Under the pieces are notes generated by a model, which did no database searches, had not been told where the DNA came from, and saw only the letters and a list, made by a program, of their open reading frames with translations. This document shows positions 58,064-64,000 of a stretch of DNA of 64,000 bases, piece by piece (the first letter of the stretch is position 1; each line of letters begins with the position of its first letter). Source of the DNA: Planctomycetota bacterium. GTDB taxonomy: Bacteria > Planctomycetota > UBA8108 > SXIK01. A program made the translations under genes and the position numbers. The DNA is taken from positions 4,800,001 to 4,864,000 of the forward strand of contig CBDCXR010000004.1 of NCBI GenBank assembly GCA_965223845.1, given 5' to 3'.

Positions 58064-59209
58064 CTACCGCGGAATCTCCGCGTGGAGCAGCTCGCACGGG
58101 ATGCCGCCGTTCGCTAGCTGCGTCCGCCGATCGATGTCGATTCCGAGTGCTCGCGTGAGCCGAGGGTTTCCCGACAAAAGCGCGAGGTGGTACCCACCGC
58201 AGCGCGATCGAACGCGTGCGCCGAATTCGCGATAGAGCGCCTCGAGCTCCGGGGCGTTTCCCACACGCTCTCCGTAGGGTGGGTTGGTGACGATCCACGC
58301 ATTCCAACCGCGGCGGAAGTCGAACTCGCGCGCGTCGCCCACGGTAATCTCGACGCCGCTCTCGATACCCGCGGAGGCGGCGTTCGCTCGCGCCGCGCGG
58401 GCGGCTTTCGGATCGAGATCGAGTCCGCGAAGGATGATCTTCCGGGGGGAAGCGCTCTGTCGCACCCTCTCCTTGAGCGCCGCGTAGCGGGCCGCATCGT
58501 GGCCGGGCAGACGCTCGAAGCCGAAGCCATCGCGAAACAGCCCGGGTGCAATGCCGTTCGCGATGAGGGCCGCCTCGACGAGAATCGTTCCCGAGCCGCA
58601 GAACGGATCGACGAGCGGTGAACGTCGATCCCAGCCGCCGAGAAGCACGATGGCCGCGGCCAGAGTTTCTGCGAGGTGAGCCTCTCCCGGTTCGCGGCGC
58701 CAGCCGCGCTTGTGGAGCGAAGCCCCTGAGGTGTCGATCGAAAGTGTGGCCCGGTCGCGAAAGAGGTGGAGGTGGAGCGACAGATCGGGATCGTCCTTAT
58801 CGACACTCGGCCGCACGCCGTCGCGATCGAGAAACTGATCGCACACCGCGTCCTTCGTCATCTGCGCGACGAAGAGCGAGTGGTCGAGAGTCGATTCCTT
58901 CGTCTGTGCGCTGACGACGAGAGTGCCGTCCGGCTTCAGGTACTCGCTCCAGTCGGTGGCGCTCACGCCTTCGTAAAGCTGCGCTTCGGTGCGCGCCTCG
59001 AAGACGTCGACGCGCCGGAGAACTCGGATGGCCGTCCGCAGCTCGAGGTTGGCACGCCATTCATCGACCGTCGATCCGTCGAATCGGACGCCCCCGACCT
59101 GGCGCTCGACGCGCGCGAATCGGAGCTCGCGAACCTCGCGGTGAAGGAGCGGCTCGATTCCGGGAGCGCAGGTGGCGAAGTAGGTCGATCGTCGGGTTGG
59201 TGGGGTCAC
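58064..59209 (-). CDS. THUMP-domain RNA methyltransferase (RlmL/YpsC-like)
   Basis: FATCAPGIE, DTSGASLHKRGWR, LAETLAA, DPFCGSGT, TNPPYGER. Confidence 0.93.
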   Translation of the reverse strand: MTPPTRRSTYFATCAPGIEPLLHREVRELRFARVERQVGGVRFDGSTVDEWRANLELRTAIRVLRRVDVFEARTEAQLYEGVSATDWSEYLKPDGTLVVSAQTKESTLDHSLFVAQMTKDAVCDQFLDRDGVRPSVDKDDPDLSLHLHLFRDRATLSIDTSGASLHKRGWRREPGEAHLAETLAAAIVLLGGWDRRSPLVDPFCGSGTILVEAALIANGIAPGLFRDGFGFERLPGHDAARYAALKERVRQSASPRKIILRGLDLDPKAARAARANAASAGIESGVEITVGDAREFDFRRGWNAWIVTNPPYGERVGNAPELEALYREFGARVRSRCGGYHLALLSGNPRLTRALGIDIDRRTQLANGGIPCELLHAEIPR

Positions 59210-59249
59210 CGGGAAACTCAGGCGATTTGATTGGCGCTGAGGAGGTTTT

Positions 59250-59427
59250 ACACGAAGAGCGCAATGGGGACGCGAAGGAAGACGAAGGAAACGAGTTCGA
59301 AAAACAGCTTGGGGAGATTCGAGTGGACGAACGACACGGATTCAAACGAACTCGGTGCGGTCACTGTCTGAGCTCTACTACGATCTCTCATTCGTCTTCC
59401 TTCGCGTCCCCTTCGCGCTCTTCGTGT
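59250..59427. repeat. Second MITE/REPIN-like element with 37-bp inverted arms (35/37 match)
   Basis: 59250-59286 ACACGAAGAGCGCAATGGGGACGCGAAGGAAGACGAA versus reverse complement of 59391-59427 ACACGAAGAGCGCGAAGGGGACGCGAAGGAAGACGAA; 104-bp spacer. Confidence 0.88.
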
Positions 59428-60685
59428 GTACTCTTCCCCTAGGGTTCAAGCACGATCGAGACAACCACCCCCACCAAGCCCCGCAGACCGCGACGACCCC
59501 GCACACGACGAGGACCGCGGGAGTTAGATCTCGGAGCACATCGAACACGTATCCGCCGGCGAGCCCGCCGAGCGAGAACGAGATCGTCATGCCGAGGGAT
59601 TCGAGGGCGTACACGCGCCCGCGAAATTCGTCGCCCACGTGCTTTTGCCAGAGCACCGTCGATCCAACCCAGAGCGTGCTACCGCCGAGGTGAGCGAACA
59701 CGACACAAGCGAAACCGAGTCCGAGCGTGGGCGCGACCGCGAAGAGGGAGTAACCCAGTGCGCCGATCACGAAGCCACCGAGCACCTGCCGCCGAAGACT
59801 TCGGTCCGTGCTGCCGAACAGCCGGCGCGAGGCGAGCGGACCCACTCCGGTACCGAGTCCGCGCGCGGCGTAGAGCACTCCCGTCGCGAACGCGACGCCC
59901 TCCGCGACCGGCGTGCCGCTGTAGCGCACTTCCGCGGCGATCGGAAGAAAGACCAGAAACCCTCCCGCGCCGCCCCAGAACGCCTTCGCGAACACGATGG
60001 GCGCCACACCGACGTCGCGGGCGTGACGGAGCGCTCGACGGAGATCGCGGAAGTACACGATGTCGCGCCATTCGAGCGGCGCCGGCGAACGTGCGGGCGG
60101 CGCCAACCGAACGCCGACGAGGAAGAGCGCGCTCAAGATGTAAGTGGCCGAATCGACCGCAAACGTCGACCGCGTGCCGATCGATTCGACGACGATTGCC
60201 CCCGTAGCCGCTCCGATCGTCAGCATCGCGCTCCAGGTCGCCGCCGAGAGCGCGTACGCGGCGTGGAGATCTTCCTTCGCGACCGTCGACGGAATCGCCG
60301 CCGAGCGCGCAGCGTCGAAAAAGATCCCGAGCCCCATCTGCGCGAGGAGAAGCAGATAGACGAATACCAGCTCACTCGATGAATCGACGAGCATGAATCC
60401 GAGGACGACGACCGCGCGGAGGAGATCGGACGCGATGAGAATCCGCCGGCGAGGAAGCCGATCCGCAAGCGGGCCGGCGATCGGACCAAAGAACGCCGAC
60501 GGCAAAAACCGAACCGCGAGCTCGAGCCCGAGGAGGAGACCCAGGCCGAGTCCCTTCGCGACATCGCCGACGTCGGTGATGAGCCCCAGCAGCGCGACTC
60601 GGTTCAGCCAATCGCCAAGCTGACTCACGACCTGGGAGAGCCAGATGCGACGAAACTTCGGATTGCGGCGGACGACGGCGAGCAT
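59378..60685 (-). CDS. MFS transporter (DHA3/MefA-like)
   Basis: FRRIWLSQVVSQLGDW, motif A GPLADRLPRRRIL, DLLR, FRGRVYA; about 12 TM helices. Confidence 0.93.
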   Translation of the reverse strand: MLAVVRRNPKFRRIWLSQVVSQLGDWLNRVALLGLITDVGDVAKGLGLGLLLGLELAVRFLPSAFFGPIAGPLADRLPRRRILIASDLLRAVVVLGFMLVDSSSELVFVYLLLLAQMGLGIFFDAARSAAIPSTVAKEDLHAAYALSAATWSAMLTIGAATGAIVVESIGTRSTFAVDSATYILSALFLVGVRLAPPARSPAPLEWRDIVYFRDLRRALRHARDVGVAPIVFAKAFWGGAGGFLVFLPIAAEVRYSGTPVAEGVAFATGVLYAARGLGTGVGPLASRRLFGSTDRSLRRQVLGGFVIGALGYSLFAVAPTLGLGFACVVFAHLGGSTLWVGSTVLWQKHVGDEFRGRVYALESLGMTISFSLGGLAGGYVFDVLRDLTPAVLVVCGVVAVCGAWWGWLSRSCLNPRGRVHTKSAKGTRRKTNERS

Positions 60686-60700
60686 GAGGGAGCGGGGGCG

Positions 60701-61072
60701 TCAGTCGAGCCAGAGCTCCGCCCGCTTCGCAACGAGCGTCCCCGCCGCGTCGAACACGACGCCGCGAACGTGATAGCTCGTGCTCGAGGGACTCTTCGTG
60801 TACGACCACTCTCTCCGACGGAGAGACTCCTCGTAGTCCAGTGGGCGGCCGAGGATCCGAACCACCTCCTCCCGCGTCATCCCGAGCTCGAGCGAGCAAA
60901 ACCCGCTCTCGGTGTATCCCTCCGCGTACGCCGTATCGTGACCGGCGAGACATCCGAAGACCGAATCTCGCGTCGATCCGGCCCACGGCGGGGAGACGAC
61001 GGCGATGACGAGCGAAAGCGAAAGTCCCCCGATCGCCGCCTTACCGACCCACCGCGGCCCGTCGGCCCTCAC
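60701..61072 (-). CDS. Small membrane protein with SmpA/BamE-like domain
   Basis: GTG at 61072 overlaps upstream TGA; TM AAIGGLSLSLVIAVV; LELGMTREEVVRILGRP..WSY..VVFD. Confidence 0.7.
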   Translation of the reverse strand: MRADGPRWVGKAAIGGLSLSLVIAVVSPPWAGSTRDSVFGCLAGHDTAYAEGYTESGFCSLELGMTREEVVRILGRPLDYEESLRRREWSYTKSPSSTSYHVRGVVFDAAGTLVAKRAELWLD

Positions 61073-64000
61073 GGCGTCCTCCGCGGACGAAGCGCGATCC
61101 ACGAGCGATTGAGATAGCTGCAGACGCATCCCGCCGACGCGTCGGGAACGAGCACCATTCCGTGCGCGGGGATCGCGTTGATCCAGCAGCCAGGACGCAT
61201 CCCGCCGAAGTCCTTGTTCTCGGTGTTGTACTTGAGATCGAAGTATCCGAGAGTCGCCGAACGGTAGACGAGAAGATGCCGCCCCGCGGCGAGTTGGCCG
61301 CACCCGTAGGAACGCGAAAAACGAAACACCTTCGGTTCTCCCGTGAGGAGATCCCACGCGCCTCCCTGCGAGTACAGGGTCTGCTCGACGATGAGCGGAC
61401 GCGACTCGTACGCTGCGTCGTCCTTCTCCCAGAGAAGATCGCCCGTCGACGCACGGTAGACGCGAACTTTCTTGTCGAGCTCCGACGCGAGCTTGAATCG
61501 CGTATTCTGGTAGCTCATGACGAGCGCATCGTGCTCCGTGCTGAGGGCGAGAACGGTTCCGAACGCCCCGGACTTTCGCCACAACTCGGCACCGGTCACG
61601 ACATCGAGCGCGACGAGATCGCCGGGAGGCTGCGAGCCCGTCGATTTGCGCCGGCGATCGAACATCGCGAGCGCGCGATCGATCAAATGCACTCGACCCG
61701 CGCCGATCGCGATCGCATTGTGACGAATCGACTCGCGCGCGTCGTACTTCCACCGGAGGGAGCCGCTCCGGCGATCGAGCGCGAAGAGACGGCGCGACTC
61801 GGTGAGCTGCCCGCGGAGATCGCCGCCCTTGAGATACCGGTACGTGACGACGTGCTCGGGATTCGCCTCGGAGCCGAAGAGGGTGTCGCCCGAGGCGGCG
61901 ACGTACCCCCACGTTCGGCCAGCGGACGGTTCGCCGCTCGCGCGCAGAGCGAATCGACTCTGAAGCTGCCCGGTCGCGGCGTCGATGCGGAGGCAGTGGT
62001 CTCCTTCGCGAACGTACACGCTATCACCGCCGATGCAGAAGTTGCTTCCACTTCCCGCGGCGCCCATCAAGTGATCGCCGTCGTAAGCGCGAAGGATGCC
62101 CGGGAGGGGATAACGCCAGAGGACCGTGCCGTTGTAGGCATCGACGGCGACGAGGCTGTCGAGTCCCTCCGAGAAGATCCGTCCACCCGAAACGAGAGGC
62201 GCCGGGGCTCGGCCGTGGCGCTGCGGCACGGCTTGATCGACGTCGCGATACCACCCGAGCGCGAGATCGCCCTCGAGGAGGGTGTCGTCGGAGCACACGG
62301 TGTTCGCGGGGTCCGCGTATTGATGCGTCCACTCCCCGTCGCCCTCGAGCGCCCCACGACGATGGACCTTCACGGCGCCGACGCTTCCTGAGACCACCGC
62401 ACCACCGTAGGGCCGAACGAGCCGAAGCAACTCGCCGCCCGGCGGCTCGGATACGCTCGAGCGATCCGCGACCGTCGTCTCGAGGCCGCGCCTCGACACC
62501 ACGAGATTCGCGAACATCGAAGGATAGCGAGTCGCGTCGAGAGGAAGCTCGTGCACGGTGACGCGAGTTCCGTAGAGACCCGCTCGCGCGAGCTTGTCCC
62601 GCGCGGTCGCCGCTAGCTCGGGATCGGGCTCGACCGCGTAAATGCGAAGATCGCTTCGCTTCGCGAACTCGTAGGCGAGCGCGCCGTCGCCGGAGCCGAG
62701 GTCGACGCAATAGCCGCGCTTCACTTGAGTCGCGGCGAGGATCTCGGACGCCGCTCGCGCCGCGATGTCGTTTTCTCCGTACGGTGCTTCATCGCGCTCC
62801 GGCGAGACGATCGTCGCGCCCTCGGCGGGGGCTGAGTCGGCCGCACCGAGGCAAACGATCTCACCGCGATCCGTGCTCGCGAAGATTCTCCCCGCCGAGA
62901 CCGCGAGTCCGGCAACGGCGCCGTCGATATCGTGCCGCCACCGCTCCGCCCCGGTCGCGAGATCGATGCCGACGACGAGCCCGGCGCCGCCCACGATCGC
63001 GGTATCGGCTGCGACGACGAATTCGTGCGCCGTCAACTCGAGTGGCTCGGCCGCTTCGGAAGGATCCACAACGCGAGTCGGCGAGAGCGCCGGCACTTCG
63101 CGCTGATTGCCCTTCCGATCGACGAGCTCTCGCATCGTCCACCGGTAGGTCGTCAATCGACCGCGATCGAAGCGCGCGATGCCGTCCGGCAGAGCGACGA
63201 CGTGCCCACCCGCTGGCTCTTTCTCGGCGAGCCCGGCGTCGATCGTGTACGGCCGGCCGCCGTTGAAGAACCACGGTCCCGCGATCGTGATCCCGGCGCC
63301 GCCGCGATTGCCGTACTTTTGCAGGTGAAAGTAGCGAAGATCGCCGTTTGTGCGCGCGAGCGCAGCCGGAACCGCTCGACCCGTCGGAATGAAGAGCGCG
63401 TCGTCCGTCGCGGCGAGATGGCCCTGCGCCGCGACGCCGCTCCGCGCGTTCGCGCCGCCGTGCGGCTGTGCCATGAACAGAGTCCCAAGGGAATCGTTCG
63501 CCCAGTTCACCGCGCCGCTCGCGGCGTCGAGGCACGCGACGGTGACGCCCTCGGTGGGCCAAATGCCGGCAGCGATGTAGAGCTCGTCGCCGACGAGAAC
63601 CGCCCCGCCGCGAACCGGCGCGCGAGAGACGAGGCGCTCGTTCCCGAGGACGAAGTCGCGACTCGCGCCGAGTCGCCTCTTCCACGCGAGGGTGCCGTCC
63701 GAGGCGTGGAACGAGTACACGAAGCCGTCGTCGCTTCCGACGATCACGCGATCCTTCCAAGCGACCGGGGCGAGGCGGATCGGGCCATCGGTGAGCTCCG
63801 ACCAAATCTCCTCTCCGGTCGCCGCGTCGAGTGCGCGGATCGCGCCGTCGGCCGAGCTCCCGAAGAACACGCGGCCGCCGGCGACGACCGGACGGTACAC
63901 GCGATCGAACGTGAGACGCTGCGATCGCGGCCAGGCGCGCACCGGCGCCTGCACCGCTCGGTAGCGCCACTGCGCTTCGACGCTCGCGGGTACGGGATCA
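61069..64000 (-). CDS. PQQ-like beta-propeller protein with class I SAM-methyltransferase-like domain, 5' end beyond window
   Basis: Frame is open to the window edge; propeller blades; GYCVDLGSGDG motif I; WTHQY, RHG..PAP, RSYGCG, GGMRPGCWIN; paralog of 30037..35325. Confidence 0.9.
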   Translation of the reverse strand, partial: DPVPASVEAQWRYRAVQAPVRAWPRSQRLTFDRVYRPVVAGGRVFFGSSADGAIRALDAATGEEIWSELTDGPIRLAPVAWKDRVIVGSDDGFVYSFHASDGTLAWKRRLGASRDFVLGNERLVSRAPVRGGAVLVGDELYIAAGIWPTEGVTVACLDAASGAVNWANDSLGTLFMAQPHGGANARSGVAAQGHLAATDDALFIPTGRAVPAALARTNGDLRYFHLQKYGNRGGAGITIAGPWFFNGGRPYTIDAGLAEKEPAGGHVVALPDGIARFDRGRLTTYRWTMRELVDRKGNQREVPALSPTRVVDPSEAAEPLELTAHEFVVAADTAIVGGAGLVVGIDLATGAERWRHDIDGAVAGLAVSAGRIFASTDRGEIVCLGAADSAPAEGATIVSPERDEAPYGENDIAARAASEILAATQVKRGYCVDLGSGDGALAYEFAKRSDLRIYAVEPDPELAATARDKLARAGLYGTRVTVHELPLDATRYPSMFANLVVSRRGLETTVADRSSVSEPPGGELLRLVRPYGGAVVSGSVGAVKVHRRGALEGDGEWTHQYADPANTVCSDDTLLEGDLALGWYRDVDQAVPQRHGRAPAPLVSGGRIFSEGLDSLVAVDAYNGTVLWRYPLPGILRAYDGDHLMGAAGSGSNFCIGGDSVYVREGDHCLRIDAATGQLQSRFALRASGEPSAGRTWGYVAASGDTLFGSEANPEHVVTYRYLKGGDLRGQLTESRRLFALDRRSGSLRWKYDARESIRHNAIAIGAGRVHLIDRALAMFDRRRKSTGSQPPGDLVALDVVTGAELWRKSGAFGTVLALSTEHDALVMSYQNTRFKLASELDKKVRVYRASTGDLLWEKDDAAYESRPLIVEQTLYSQGGAWDLLTGEPKVFRFSRSYGCGQLAAGRHLLVYRSATLGYFDLKYNTENKDFGGMRPGCWINAIPAHGMVLVPDASAGCVCSYLNRSWIALRPRRTP

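Noticed and set aside
61073-61912. Upstream part of ORF 60701..61912
   Set aside because: Overlaps the propeller gene out of frame; GTGA coupling supports a start at 61072

Overview
GC-rich bacterial DNA with a Planctomycetota-like gene repertoire: two PSD1/DUF1549-DUF1553 cytochrome c + DUF1501 pairs, a sulfatase, DUF1080, an ECF sigma with a membrane extension, BlaI/BlaR1, carboxypeptidase-regulatory-like repeat proteins, giant PQQ-type beta-propeller proteins and three dockerin-like proteins. About 39 probable CDSs are supported, from a 5'-truncated hemB to a 5'-truncated propeller protein. They include an acyl-CoA catabolic operon (dehydrogenase, split AtuA, crotonase, carboxyltransferase), pqiA/pqiB-like genes, an MBOAT pair, a C-terminal protease, an ABC-2 exporter, an MFS transporter and two RNA methyltransferases. 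I saw no rRNA, tRNA or CRISPR array. Most notable: (1) a dispersed family of ~180-210 bp elements with 37-bp inverted arms built from ~10-nt periodic NNCGAAG units (7441-7648, 59250-59427, plus a lone arm at 6594-6626); (2) a RAYT-like HUH/Y1 transposase with a hairpin-locked ribosome-binding site and a structured 3' flank; (3) a secreted dockerin-bearing protein ending in RRK followed by a 56-aa peptide with 10 Cys; (4) a tandem palindromic operator candidate in front of blaI-blaR1. All product calls come from motif recognition by eye; no database search was run, and several starts were moved from the ORF track on RBS, signal-peptide or gene-overlap grounds.
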